Origin: a virus
Taxonomy: Duplodnaviria; Caudoviricetes
Strand: one strand, 5' to 3'
IMG/VR virus record: IMGVR_UViG_3300011989_000009
Span: 1-64,000 of that record
Length of the DNA: 64,000 nt
Made by a program: the position numbers and the translations under genes. The notes under the pieces are model-generated. The model did not search any database. It saw only the letters and a list, made by a program, of their open reading frames with translations, and was not told where the DNA came from. Of this stretch, positions 20,134-30,041 are shown piece by piece. Each line of letters begins with the position of its first letter. The stretch's first letter is position 1.

Positions 20134-20799
20134 TTATTTCTCACGCGGACGAAGCTGTAAGGTCGCCTTATCGTAAAGCATGACACGGCGCTTGGTGAAG
20201 CTATCCACAAGAGAATCGTTGTAGGCTAAGATTTGCAGATGGCCATGGTCGTGAACGACACCTCCGTCGATGCTCACCACCGTAGAGTCGTGGCAGGTGA
20301 TGTCACCATGGCCGCTGACCTGAGCACGCCCCCATGCCTCGATAGATCCTTTTTCGATGGCGGCAACAGCATGATCCGTTACCGTCACACAAGCATCATC
20401 GGCAGAGACGGTGACGTGACAACTGTCGCCTATCGTCACCTTCTGGTTGCCGATGACGTAAACATGATGGTTGCCATTAATCTGCAAAACTTCATCTTCC
20501 ATCCCTGCGGATGCGTCACCAATCAGCACCATGCAACGGTGGTCCTGCTGTGGGTCCTCGTTATAGTATAGGTCACTGGCATTAATCTCGGCCTTATACG
20601 TATCATAGAGCCTCGCAAAGGCATCCTTCACCTGCAACGGCACCTCGTGAATGACACCGGAGAGGAACGTGCGCCATGCCTGCACAAGGGCAGGAATGGT
20701 CTTTGCCTCCTTAAAAGCCTTCTGTGATGCCTCGCAGTTGTCACTCTCGGCCAAAATATCTATACACAACTTCTGAAAAACTTGAAACTGCTTGTCCAT
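20134..20799 (-). CDS. Hypothetical protein with beta-solenoid-like repeats
   Basis: Repeated V-x-A-x-D/G pattern in the C-terminal half. Confidence 0.6.
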   Translation of the reverse strand: MDKQFQVFQKLCIDILAESDNCEASQKAFKEAKTIPALVQAWRTFLSGVIHEVPLQVKDAFARLYDTYKAEINASDLYYNEDPQQDHRCMVLIGDASAGMEDEVLQINGNHHVYVIGNQKVTIGDSCHVTVSADDACVTVTDHAVAAIEKGSIEAWGRAQVSGHGDITCHDSTVVSIDGGVVHDHGHLQILAYNDSLVDSFTKRRVMLYDKATLQLRPREK

Positions 20800-20885
20800 A
20801 TCTTTTTCCTTTCTTTGTTTATTCTGTTCCGTTATAAGGCGTGGCTCCCGTTCTGTGCCTCGCCTTTTTTAAGGCGAGGTCCCGC

Positions 20886-21908
20886 TTAGATGGCCAGCGT
20901 CGGCGAACCGTTGATGTCAAGCCTTACGGAGAAGCTGACGCTCATCAGATTGCTCCCCGTGCGGTCAATGCCGTTCACCTCCTCGTCGGGAAGGATATGG
21001 CAGCCTATCCAGTGCCCGCCGATATTGACCCATGCCTGCTTGGTCATTAAGAACTCGTGAAGATACCATTGCAGCCATGCCGCGTCGAGGGGACCGGATG
21101 ACAGTGCCCATGTCTCGTAGTCATTGCTCTTGCGCACGATGCTGCGTGAGAACTTGCCGAAGGTCTCCGGCACCGAGCGGAGCGTGTCTTCCTCCGTGAC
21201 ATTCATCTTTGTCGAGCGAAGACTCCTCACGCTGATGCTCTCCAGGACACCCAAGCCGTTGACGAAACGGAACTGATAGCGGTCGGGGGTGGCGGCAACG
21301 GCATAGAAACTGCGGCCGCCAAGGACCTGCGCCCCCTCCTGCGTGACGTTGTAGACCTTGCTGGAAGGTGTCGTCGTGACATTGCCGGACGAAACCGCGC
21401 TGATAGTGGTCGGCACAACAACGGTCTCGCCCACGGCCACCACTTCGGCCATCGTCGAGGGCTTGCGTGTAAAGACGCTGGCCTGCTTGCCGGAAGGCGA
21501 AAGCAGACGCTCCAAGTCGCTGTAGGCTCCCATCAGGCAGTATTGCTTTTTACTGACCTCCACGACACCTACGTTGTCATGCACCTCGCCATTCTGCATA
21601 TATTCATCACAGGCACTGAGCGTGTAGCCCACGCGCGGATAGCTGGCAGGAGGCTCAGCACTGTACTCATATTTATCGGCAACGGCACGCAACGCGCTGC
21701 TGATGTCTATCTCGACGGTCTCGGCACTCTCAACGGGCGAGGATAACGTCAGCGAAAGACTGCTGCTGCCATCATCAAGAAAACCGTTGACCGTGAGCTT
21801 GACACGATGGAAAGCACACGCACCCGACACCGTGGCCGCCGTCACCTGATAGGTGATAGGTGAGCCGATGAGGGGAGAGCCGGAAAGTAAGGTTAAATTT
21901 GATGCCAT
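20886..21908 (-). CDS. Putative tail/baseplate structural protein
   Basis: FRFVNGLGVLES..LSSGPL motif; structural context. Confidence 0.55.
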   Translation of the reverse strand: MASNLTLLSGSPLIGSPITYQVTAATVSGACAFHRVKLTVNGFLDDGSSSLSLTLSSPVESAETVEIDISSALRAVADKYEYSAEPPASYPRVGYTLSACDEYMQNGEVHDNVGVVEVSKKQYCLMGAYSDLERLLSPSGKQASVFTRKPSTMAEVVAVGETVVVPTTISAVSSGNVTTTPSSKVYNVTQEGAQVLGGRSFYAVAATPDRYQFRFVNGLGVLESISVRSLRSTKMNVTEEDTLRSVPETFGKFSRSIVRKSNDYETWALSSGPLDAAWLQWYLHEFLMTKQAWVNIGGHWIGCHILPDEEVNGIDRTGSNLMSVSFSVRLDINGSPTLAI

Positions 21909-21920
21909 AGTTGTCTTTGG

Positions 21921-23858
21921 TTACTGATTGCTATTTCCTGCGTTGGCCTGCGTGCTGTCTGCACTCTGAGCGACGATACCAGTCTTGCTGCGGTCGAGGG
22001 TCGTCATCACCTCACGCTGCACCTGCCAAACGAGGTTCTCGTCCCAGCCATTGAAGCGGGAGATGACTTCCAAAGGTTTCAGCATGATATTGATCTGAGG
22101 GGATTTGAGAATCAGGCGCAACAGAAAACGCTCACGGATGTCGGTACCACTATTGCCGCCAACGAGCGACATAGGTGTGGAGCCCATCAGTCTTGCATCG
22201 AGCCCCATGGCCATGAAGACAACAGAAGAGATCTCGGCCGTCTCTTTTTCATTGGCGGCGGCGGCAGAACTGTTGTTGTTGGCAACTTCAAGAATCTCAA
22301 AGCTATGGTGTTCCTTGCCGTCCTGTCCCGTGAAAGTAAAGGCCAGCAACGACTGACCGGCATTGTCACGGTTGGCAAGCCATTCGTTGATTTGCGTGTA
22401 TATCTTATCTCTCAGCTCAGCCTGCTTCTTCGGGTTATTCTGCGCCTTGTTAGCAATGAACACCTGCTGCATATACTCATTGTTGATGTAGATGATGCGT
22501 CCGATGATATTGCTGTTGCGCTTGCGGGTCAGGCGGTCACTGATGATGGTAGAAAGATACTCATAGATGTCACCGCCGAAAATGCTGTACCATGCCGGGG
22601 TGGGGTAGTAGGGACGGCCTGCCGACGGATATTTGCAGGGAAGTACAAAGTGTGTGGGACGCTCGGCGACGCTGACGTTATGTTCCCTGGCGTCGCGGAC
22701 ATCGCTCTCCAGCGTCTGCAAGGGATTGTCGGTGCTCAGCGCGCGGATGGCGTGGATGTCGTCGTCGGGCACTGCGCTCTGATCAATGAAGGGATGGTCG
22801 AGCCAGCGGTTGCTGCAATAAACGTAGTTCACGTTGCCCAAGTCGTCCATACGTTCCAGGCGGGTGGTGTGGCAGGAACGGTGACGGATGCCGACAACCT
22901 TCGGCTGCCAGCGTTTCGTCTCTTTCACCACATTGCCGTCCTTATCCGTGGCGAGCTGGTTCAAAAGAATCTCAGGGAAGGACATACCGAAGAGCTCTGT
23001 ATCGAGAACCATCGACAGCCATGTCTGAGGAATGTTGTTGCGGTCAAGGAATTTCTGTACTTCCGGTGCCGTCTGTTCCCAACGTTCCAGTCCGGCTTTA
23101 AGCTTTTTGATGAGCGCTTCATATTGCGCGATCATGTCATCATAGAGCGACGTAATCTTCTGCTCGTATGGGTCATCATTCAAGGCTGTCTGCGCCAGGT
23201 CGTCAACGATATTCTGCTCGTCACCATCATCAGCGGGATCCTCGTCCTGCTGTGTACCGAAGACCTCACCACGGATGCGGTAAAGGTTCAGCAACTCACG
23301 CTGAGCGTCGAGAATACGACCACGCAACCACTGACCGGCATCCTTGTAACGAATATACTTCTGTGTGATAGCACCACCGACATACTGCGTGCAGTCATAC
23401 ATCGGTTGTGGACCTAACCCGGCACACAAGTCGCTGTTGAACTTCACGCCTGACGCCGTGTAGGGCAACAGATGGGTCAGCAAAGCGACGACATTCGGCA
23501 ATACATTACCATATCCCCATTCTATCCAACCCAAGCCGGGCGTACCGATGTTGTCGGTGCCCCAACGCTGTTCAGAACCGGAAGAGAAATACAGCGTGGG
23601 GATGCTCCCGCGCTTGCGGATGCGCATTCCGTTGGCGGTATTCTGCGCACCACCGCCACCACTGCCGATACGTATCTGGGAAGCGATGAAGTCATCCCAC
23701 GTGCGTGCCGCCATGTGCTCCGGACGGAAGTTCATGTCGCCCGGCATCAGCATCGAATAACCCTGCTGATGCAACTCCATACTCTTCTGCAAGAAATCTT
23801 CCGCCTTGATACGTTGCGTATTAGGCGTCTTGCGCTTATTCGTGCCTTTTGTTGCCAT
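21921..23858 (-). CDS. Portal protein
   Basis: WGYGNVLP, YYPTPAWYSIF, NAGQSL and SGTDIRE motifs of Bacteroidota phage portals; start at MATKG. Confidence 0.8.
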   Translation of the reverse strand: MATKGTNKRKTPNTQRIKAEDFLQKSMELHQQGYSMLMPGDMNFRPEHMAARTWDDFIASQIRIGSGGGGAQNTANGMRIRKRGSIPTLYFSSGSEQRWGTDNIGTPGLGWIEWGYGNVLPNVVALLTHLLPYTASGVKFNSDLCAGLGPQPMYDCTQYVGGAITQKYIRYKDAGQWLRGRILDAQRELLNLYRIRGEVFGTQQDEDPADDGDEQNIVDDLAQTALNDDPYEQKITSLYDDMIAQYEALIKKLKAGLERWEQTAPEVQKFLDRNNIPQTWLSMVLDTELFGMSFPEILLNQLATDKDGNVVKETKRWQPKVVGIRHRSCHTTRLERMDDLGNVNYVYCSNRWLDHPFIDQSAVPDDDIHAIRALSTDNPLQTLESDVRDAREHNVSVAERPTHFVLPCKYPSAGRPYYPTPAWYSIFGGDIYEYLSTIISDRLTRKRNSNIIGRIIYINNEYMQQVFIANKAQNNPKKQAELRDKIYTQINEWLANRDNAGQSLLAFTFTGQDGKEHHSFEILEVANNNSSAAAANEKETAEISSVVFMAMGLDARLMGSTPMSLVGGNSGTDIRERFLLRLILKSPQINIMLKPLEVISRFNGWDENLVWQVQREVMTTLDRSKTGIVAQSADSTQANAGNSNQ

Positions 23859-23969
23859 TTCCAATATGATCTTTGATTTTCCTACAACAAAGATACAAAA
23901 CCAAAGCCGCCAAATGGGGACAAAAGAAAACCCTGCCCGCAAGATGAGAGAAAACTCCTATCCGTCTCA

Positions 23970-24130
23970 CGACACGCAGGAGCTCTGACGTTATTAAAAG
24001 TATTAAATGCGTTAAAAATCATTCTACTTTTTACATACTTCCTGCAACCGTTTAAAACGGATTGCGGTATCGTATCGGACATAACGAGTGCCCGCTACCG
24101 ACTATCCGAGAAAACTCGGAATCGCCGACT
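23970..24130 (-). ncRNA. Putative TnpB omegaRNA (right end plus guide)
   Basis: Hairpin GCAATCCGT-TTTAA-ACGGTTGC overlaps the tnpB stop. Inferred right end ..TTTTAATAAC at 23990, guide GTCAGAGCTCCTGCGTGTCG. Boundaries are inferred. Confidence 0.5.
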
Positions 24131-25272
24131 ACTTTTCTAAGGATGTTCAAAGCTCCGTTTTGATCAGCATTAATCATCTTCCTGGTCGAGGAACGGAACA
24201 GTCCGCGCTTTACCCTGCGTCCAAGATATGTTTCATGCTTCCCAATCGGTTCAAGAGCAAGAGCATCACACTTGCTTGTGTAACTTTCCTCGTGCACAAT
24301 GAACTTAATTCCAATCATCTCGCACTTATAGCGGAGATAGCCTGCCAGTCTCGCAAAAGGCATCTGAACAAACTTTTGATTGTTCTTTTTGCCCATGTCG
24401 GAGTTTTGTTTCCATCCGACATTGTAGCCTACAACCAGCGTTCCTATATGTTTCCGCACAAGTGTATCGACAATCTGACGGCTAACCTTATGAAAGGCAT
24501 CCTCAAAATAGCGGTCTCGTTTGTCATACATACGAGTGATTCTTCTTGTCGTTCGCTTTATGCCTTGCAGATTCTTGATAGACTGCAAGTGAGAGAGTGT
24601 TTTGTTAAAGTGATTATTGTAAGATTTGAGATATTTGCCGCTATAAATCGTGCAGCCTTCAGAAGTAACCATTGTGGCGAGATTATCAAGCCCAAGGTCG
24701 ATAGCAGCGTATTTTGTCTTATCCACATCAGCTTGCTCTATCTCCTTTTCATAGACAATTTCGACCTTGATGTTACGGCTGTTGGGTATTAAGCGCACCT
24801 GGTGGAATGGAATTAGTCTCCCGCCATATTTCTCCCATTGAGGGATAGATATATGCAAATCTTTAGCAAGCCGAATGTTCCCATTCTTAATACTGCACGC
24901 AACATAGGTATAATACAAGTTAAACATACCACCACGCTTCCGGTAATTAGGCATCTTGGGCATCCCCTTGTATTTTTCGGGATGTTTCTTCCAATCCTTA
25001 ATACTTTTGCAGTAAGCCTTAATATTCTTGTCGAGAACACGCAGCACCTGCTGGGAGCATTGTGATTTCAATAATCTGTAGTTACACTGGCCTTCAAGAT
25101 TGAGGGTCTTTTTCATGAGCTTATCCATGTCGTTATACCATATCCACGTACCGTCAGCATCCAGTTGCTGACGGAACAGATACAGTGCCTGATTGTACAG
25201 ATTGTTTGAAATTCTAAACAACCTGTCAAGTTCTTCTGTATGGTGTATGTAAAACTTATAGACTAATCTCAT
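24052..25272 (-). CDS. tnpB: TnpB family RNA-guided nuclease, copy 2 (complete, rearranged RuvC-II type)
   Basis: RuvC-I AIDLGLDN; VVGYN in place of the canonical VxEDL; EESYTSK; RuvC-III NADQNGALNI. Confidence 0.92.
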   Translation of the reverse strand: MRLVYKFYIHHTEELDRLFRISNNLYNQALYLFRQQLDADGTWIWYNDMDKLMKKTLNLEGQCNYRLLKSQCSQQVLRVLDKNIKAYCKSIKDWKKHPEKYKGMPKMPNYRKRGGMFNLYYTYVACSIKNGNIRLAKDLHISIPQWEKYGGRLIPFHQVRLIPNSRNIKVEIVYEKEIEQADVDKTKYAAIDLGLDNLATMVTSEGCTIYSGKYLKSYNNHFNKTLSHLQSIKNLQGIKRTTRRITRMYDKRDRYFEDAFHKVSRQIVDTLVRKHIGTLVVGYNVGWKQNSDMGKKNNQKFVQMPFARLAGYLRYKCEMIGIKFIVHEESYTSKCDALALEPIGKHETYLGRRVKRGLFRSSTRKMINADQNGALNILRKVVGDSEFSRIVGSGHSLCPIRYRNPF

Positions 25273-25300
25273 TTTTCAAACCCTCTTCCATTATTTCGAA

Positions 25301-25663
25301 CTACTTTGCTATAGTCCGATTGTACAACTTTTCCTCTACCAACTCACCTAAGCAAATAGGACGCAATGAGCCATCTTCGTAAGGAACAAACACTTCCAGG
25401 TCTTCATCCAACAACTCCTGCATGATGCTCAACCGTGCCGAATCAGAATAGATACGATGAATTTCGCTGATGTTTAGCGTAGGAAATTGTTGCTCCAGCT
25501 CACGTCTCACAACACGTACTGGTTTAAAGTCCTGATAACTGATAATGGCATCAGCCATTCTCCCAATCATCTGCACATTCACACTGCATAATGATTCTCT
25601 AAAATAAGCAGCAATCTTCTGTTCTATAGCTGCCGACGGATTGGTGATGCTTCTTGTTTCCAT
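25301..25663 (-). CDS. Small hypothetical protein between C4-like RNA and tnpB (copy 2)
   Basis: METRSITNPS start; paralog of 824-1180. Confidence 0.8.
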   Translation of the reverse strand: METRSITNPSAAIEQKIAAYFRESLCSVNVQMIGRMADAIISYQDFKPVRVVRRELEQQFPTLNISEIHRIYSDSARLSIMQELLDEDLEVFVPYEDGSLRPICLGELVEEKLYNRTIAK

Positions 25664-25686
25664 CTCTTTGATTTTAACATAAAAAA

Positions 25687-25758
25687 ACTGCACTACGTGC
25701 TGTTAAGGCTCAAAAAGCGATGCCTCCGGGGTGTTTCCACTACCCGACACGGTGCAGT
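25687..25758 (-). ncRNA. C4-like antisense RNA (copy 2)
   Basis: Same three-stem fold. TTAACAG is complementary to TTGTTAA (25839-25845) and ATGTTAA (25674-25680). Confidence 0.7.
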
Positions 25759-25978
25759 CATGAATATTTTCAGACTAAGGTGAAGATACAAAAAATGCCG
25801 CTGATGTGGCAGCGGCCTCTTCGTACCGCTTTCTGATTTTAACAAGGGCAAAATTATAAGTTTTTCGCCACACCTGCAAATTTTTCAGCCTATATTTTTC
25901 ACAAATTAAAGTTTTTCTTGTTATTTTTCATCGAATATGGCGAATTTTGTGCCGCAATGCGGACAGACATAAGCCCTG

Positions 25979-26554
25979 CTAAGCAGAAGCTCCCCCGCCT
26001 TCGCCCGTTTCCTTCTCTGTCACCTCGTCCAGAGAGCTTTCCAGTGCCTCGCCAACAGCCTCGTTCTTCTGTTTGGCCAGTGCTACAACGAGCGCCTTGA
26101 AAAATCCTTTTAATGTCCGTTTCTCTACCGTCACCCCTCTGATAAAAAAGAAATGTCCGAAGATGGAAAAAACCTCGCACACGGCCACAATACACGCACC
26201 GCCCCAACAGCCCCAGATATGATCCAAACCGACGGGCTCCAACAACGCCATGCCGATGGCACCACCGACGAGCATCATAATAAGATAGTCTATACATTTG
26301 TTGGTCGTCCGGCGTATGGCGCGCGACGTATGCCACCGGTATTTCTCTATCCCTACGTTGTCCTTCTCCTGTTTCGCTACCGCATACCGCATCTGACTCT
26401 CACGCCAGCCAAAGCGGAAGTCAGCAATGACAAGCAACAACAGGAGCACGAGCCCCCACCGCATGTCTGTCACCATTGCCACCAGCTCGTTATATAACAA
26501 CCATGTCGCTGTTGCCCGTGTCCCCGTCGCTAAATTGTTCGTGTCTGATACCAT
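25979..26554 (-). CDS. Holin (phage holin 4-like)
   Basis: TM segments, ADFRFG..SRAIRRTTNKCIDY..CEVFSIFGH; adjacent to the lysin. Confidence 0.8.
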   Translation of the reverse strand: MVSDTNNLATGTRATATWLLYNELVAMVTDMRWGLVLLLLLVIADFRFGWRESQMRYAVAKQEKDNVGIEKYRWHTSRAIRRTTNKCIDYLIMMLVGGAIGMALLEPVGLDHIWGCWGGACIVAVCEVFSIFGHFFFIRGVTVEKRTLKGFFKALVVALAKQKNEAVGEALESSLDEVTEKETGEGGGASA

Positions 26555-26795
26555 CTACGTGTTTCCTTTGTGTTTGTGTTGTGTATTTATGTATTGCAAA
26601 TGTACAAAAAACCACAAAGAAAGAGCGGACGCGCTGCCTCCCCTGTCATTTGCCTTTTACGAAAAACGCACCAAAAAAAGGCTGTTCCCAAAGAGGAAAC
26701 AGCCTAAATTATGTGCGTTGTTGTACTTTGTTCCGTAGGCAGCTGCTGCACAATGGCTACTTAATAGTCATCATCACTTTTTCCTTTCTGTTTTC

Positions 26796-27317
26796 TTACT
26801 CCTTGATGACTTTCTCCACGCTCGCAATCATCGCGCACATGGTCTTGTAATAGTCGGGCGCCGTGGCGTACTTGCACCCTTTGTTGTCCGCTATACGCCT
26901 TGCAAACTCACGCGCGTCCTTCCTGTAAGGCCACGCGTCGGCGTAGCCCGGTTTCTTGAAAATCCGCAGGTGCTCCCTCAGGCAGTCCTCGTAGCTGTCG
27001 AAGTCCTTGAACAGCCGATAAACCTTGTATTCATACCGTCCGACGGCCTTGCGTTTGATGCTCTTGACCTTCTCAGGCGGCGTGAACCGCACATTTGCCC
27101 GGTTGAAATACTCTGTCGTCAGCACAAGCGAGCATTTCTCCGCAGGCCAGTTGCTCCCGCGCGTGATGCCGAAGAAGTTGTTTATCCCAGACTCCCGCAC
27201 GCCCCAGCTGCTCTCGAGGCACGCCTGAGCCGCCACGAACACCGGGCTGATTTCACCAATCCTTTGTGCCGCCGCATACATGTCGCGGCAAAAACTCTGT
27301 TGTCTTTCTGTTGCCAT
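26796..27317 (-). CDS. Endolysin, GH73 glucosaminidase (FlgJ-like)
   Basis: AAQACLESSWG, NNFFGI, YATAPDY. Confidence 0.9.
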   Translation of the reverse strand: MATERQQSFCRDMYAAAQRIGEISPVFVAAQACLESSWGVRESGINNFFGITRGSNWPAEKCSLVLTTEYFNRANVRFTPPEKVKSIKRKAVGRYEYKVYRLFKDFDSYEDCLREHLRIFKKPGYADAWPYRKDAREFARRIADNKGCKYATAPDYYKTMCAMIASVEKVIKE

Positions 27318-27392
27318 AATTATCTATTTTTAGTTGTCATTATTTCCGTTCCGTGCCGCTCCATTTTATGTCGTGTACTTATTCTCCAACTA

Positions 27393-30035
27393 TCAGCTCC
27401 AGTCCCATGCGGGTATCACCTGGAACGTAAAGCCTCCGTTGTATGGCGCGCCTTTGTATGCTGTCACAACCTTGAATGAACCAGTATTTTTGGATATAAC
27501 GCACGCATAACCTTTTGTGCTGTTACTGAGGTTGCGCGCGGATACAATCACCTCGTAGTCGTTTACACTCGCGAACGGCTTTCCGAAGGAAATCGTGAAA
27601 TATCCGTCAGCGTCTTTCTTCGCAGAGAGTGACGCGCCGTTGAAAGCCTTATAACGCAAATTTCCGTCATATACACCTTGATAAATAATGCGCTGATGTT
27701 CGCCTCTCATCAGACTTTCACCTATAGGCTCACGACTGAGGACCACCCAACCGTAAAATTCTTTATAGGTCGTTCCATTATAATCAATTGAGCTGCCATA
27801 GCCCATAATACGTACTATCTCCCTGCCGACAGTTATCGAGCCCTTTGCTATTCCGTCCTCGAAGAAAAATTTACCTGACGGTGCGACTATCCTTGCACTG
27901 TAATCAATCGGGTAGTGTGACGAGTTGTTGTATGCTATCTTATAGTTCACCAATGTAATCACCCGCCCGTTGCATTCGTATTCCCACGGGATGGGGAAAG
28001 TGAATATGGACTGCGTTTTTTCTACTGGAAGTATAAGGCTATCACTTATATTTGTATCGTTATTCCATCCGTCCCAATAAGCAAACGGCTGCCGGTTTGT
28101 ACCATAGTTGACGCTGCCAGCACCGATGGTAACGTTTTCCATCTCGGCGCCTTTGGTCGTGAGCTTGCCACCCTCTATAGTCGTCCTTGTGCCGTCACCA
28201 GCATTCTCTGACACTATCTTCGCGCCGGTTATCGTGCCGCCCGTCACTGACGACCCCTCAATGGCCGAGGCCGTCACCTTCCCCTTGAACGTCGCGTTGC
28301 CATTGTCGTCCATGTACAGCACCCTCACCCCGCGCGTGTTCTGCCACTGGAAATTCTGGCCCGTCATCTTCACGGTGCCGTTCTCTATGTCAATCCCCGT
28401 GGCCAGCAGGCCACCCTCCACGTCGTCCGCGCAACGCGTCCACTCCGTCGCCTCTCCGCCGTATTCCAGCTGCGGCTGCCGGAAATACACCGTGCCGCAC
28501 CTGAATGCCGCCAGCGCGACCTCGATGTACGTATAGGCGGTGTCCTGCGGCATGATCAGACTGCATGTATCTCTTTTCCACTCACCCGACGACAGGCCTT
28601 TGAAATATGCGAAGGCTTTGCTGTCATTGCTTCTCGACAAATCGTCCTTGCAGGCGAACAGCTGAAGACAATAACGGCTGTCGCCGGTGAGCACCAACAC
28701 GTCCGGCACCATGCACCACGCAGATGCGGTGTACACCTGTCCTGACTTCGCGGGTACATACCACCTCGTCACCGTCCAGTCACCGTCCGACACCGCCGAT
28801 ATTGCCTTCACCGCGTTCACGCCCTCAGCGCTGATTCCGTTGGCCGTGTCGGTGACGGTTACGCTTGTGCCGTTGTTCCAAGCCTCCCTGTACCTCTTCC
28901 CGTTCCGCGTGATGGCTCTCTCCACGGGGCAGCGGAACTCCGAGTCCATCAGCAGGTTCCTCAGGCCGAGACCCGCCACCTTCGCGCTTATCCGCCCCGC
29001 CGTTTGCACCAGCGTCGAGATGTCCGCCTTGTCCGCAACCGTCGTCGTCAGCTTTCCTATCTTGTTGTTAATATCTACCGCAACGCCCGGCTGTATGGTC
29101 ACGGGAATGGAGTCGTTGAGCACGGTGCCGTCGGCCAACGTCACGGTCAGCGGGATGGCCGACTGAGGGGTGTTCGTGGCCGTGTAGGCAGTGGTGCCGG
29201 TGTATTCCAAATAATAGCCTTTATTGGTTTTGGTGTCGTAAAGAACGGTGCGGTCCTTGCCCTCGATGGTAGCCACAAACTTAGCATCCGTCACCTCGGT
29301 ATCTGAGCCGCCTGTATTTTTTATGACAAGGTAATAGATGATAGCTGACAGCGTGAACTTGACATCATCACCTGAGCCGTTTGTCACGACCTTGGCCTCT
29401 GTTCCCGATTTTAGCTGCAAGCGATATGATGTTGCGGGCTTTCCCTGTTCACCTTGCTTACCCGGATCTCCTTTATCTCCCTTGCGGCTCTCTTGCAGGC
29501 TTGGCTTGGCGATATACGCGCTCTGGCCGTTGGTACCTATCCAATAATTGACCTCAATTAGCTCATAGGCGCCGCTGTTTACGGTCATCTCGTGGTACTC
29601 CCATTCATTGTCCTTTTCTATCGTTACATAATTGATGGACTGTGCATCGGATGCCCGCCCAGTCCCAGGCCTACTCTCGACGGCTGACTGGCGGCACACC
29701 TCTAAAACCACGACGTTGCCTTTTCTCCCATTCAACCAAACGCCAACCACATAGTCGGTGTTCTTTTTAACGTGTACATTAAGGAAATAGACACCCGGAT
29801 AGACGGTGGCAGTGGAAGCGTTGGCGATATACGCTGAGTTGAACCCATCATACACCTCACTACAAGGCATGGTGACGGTGGTGTTGTCAAGCCGTTGGAG
29901 GTATGGTGTCGTCATGCCATTTCCATCCTTCCGCCCGGCTATCAGCTCGAAGTTGGGCAGGAGGTTGAGCAAGGACCATGCGTCCGTGCGCGGCATGGCC
30001 TGTATAGTTCCTGATGTTGCTATCATCTTTCTCAT
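27393..30035 (-). CDS. Tail fibre / receptor-binding protein
   Basis: Collagen-like KGDKGDPGKQGEQG; carbohydrate-binding-like domains (RNLL..PQLEYG..TEW); GIDIENG motif. Confidence 0.75.
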   Translation of the reverse strand: MRKMIATSGTIQAMPRTDAWSLLNLLPNFELIAGRKDGNGMTTPYLQRLDNTTVTMPCSEVYDGFNSAYIANASTATVYPGVYFLNVHVKKNTDYVVGVWLNGRKGNVVVLEVCRQSAVESRPGTGRASDAQSINYVTIEKDNEWEYHEMTVNSGAYELIEVNYWIGTNGQSAYIAKPSLQESRKGDKGDPGKQGEQGKPATSYRLQLKSGTEAKVVTNGSGDDVKFTLSAIIYYLVIKNTGGSDTEVTDAKFVATIEGKDRTVLYDTKTNKGYYLEYTGTTAYTATNTPQSAIPLTVTLADGTVLNDSIPVTIQPGVAVDINNKIGKLTTTVADKADISTLVQTAGRISAKVAGLGLRNLLMDSEFRCPVERAITRNGKRYREAWNNGTSVTVTDTANGISAEGVNAVKAISAVSDGDWTVTRWYVPAKSGQVYTASAWCMVPDVLVLTGDSRYCLQLFACKDDLSRSNDSKAFAYFKGLSSGEWKRDTCSLIMPQDTAYTYIEVALAAFRCGTVYFRQPQLEYGGEATEWTRCADDVEGGLLATGIDIENGTVKMTGQNFQWQNTRGVRVLYMDDNGNATFKGKVTASAIEGSSVTGGTITGAKIVSENAGDGTRTTIEGGKLTTKGAEMENVTIGAGSVNYGTNRQPFAYWDGWNNDTNISDSLILPVEKTQSIFTFPIPWEYECNGRVITLVNYKIAYNNSSHYPIDYSARIVAPSGKFFFEDGIAKGSITVGREIVRIMGYGSSIDYNGTTYKEFYGWVVLSREPIGESLMRGEHQRIIYQGVYDGNLRYKAFNGASLSAKKDADGYFTISFGKPFASVNDYEVIVSARNLSNSTKGYACVISKNTGSFKVVTAYKGAPYNGGFTFQVIPAWDWS

Positions 30036-30041
30036 ATCGTT

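Larger units (their letters stand above)
23990..25968 (-). mobile_element. C4-like RNA + small ORF + tnpB cassette, copy 2, between holin and portal
   Basis: Homologous to 1-1481; interrupts the late gene order; no transposase. Confidence 0.75.

Noticed and set aside
24052-25272. Catalytically dead TnpB (TldR-like)
   Set aside because: The missing RuvC-II Glu is plausibly replaced by the EESYTS Glu, and both Asp residues are intact
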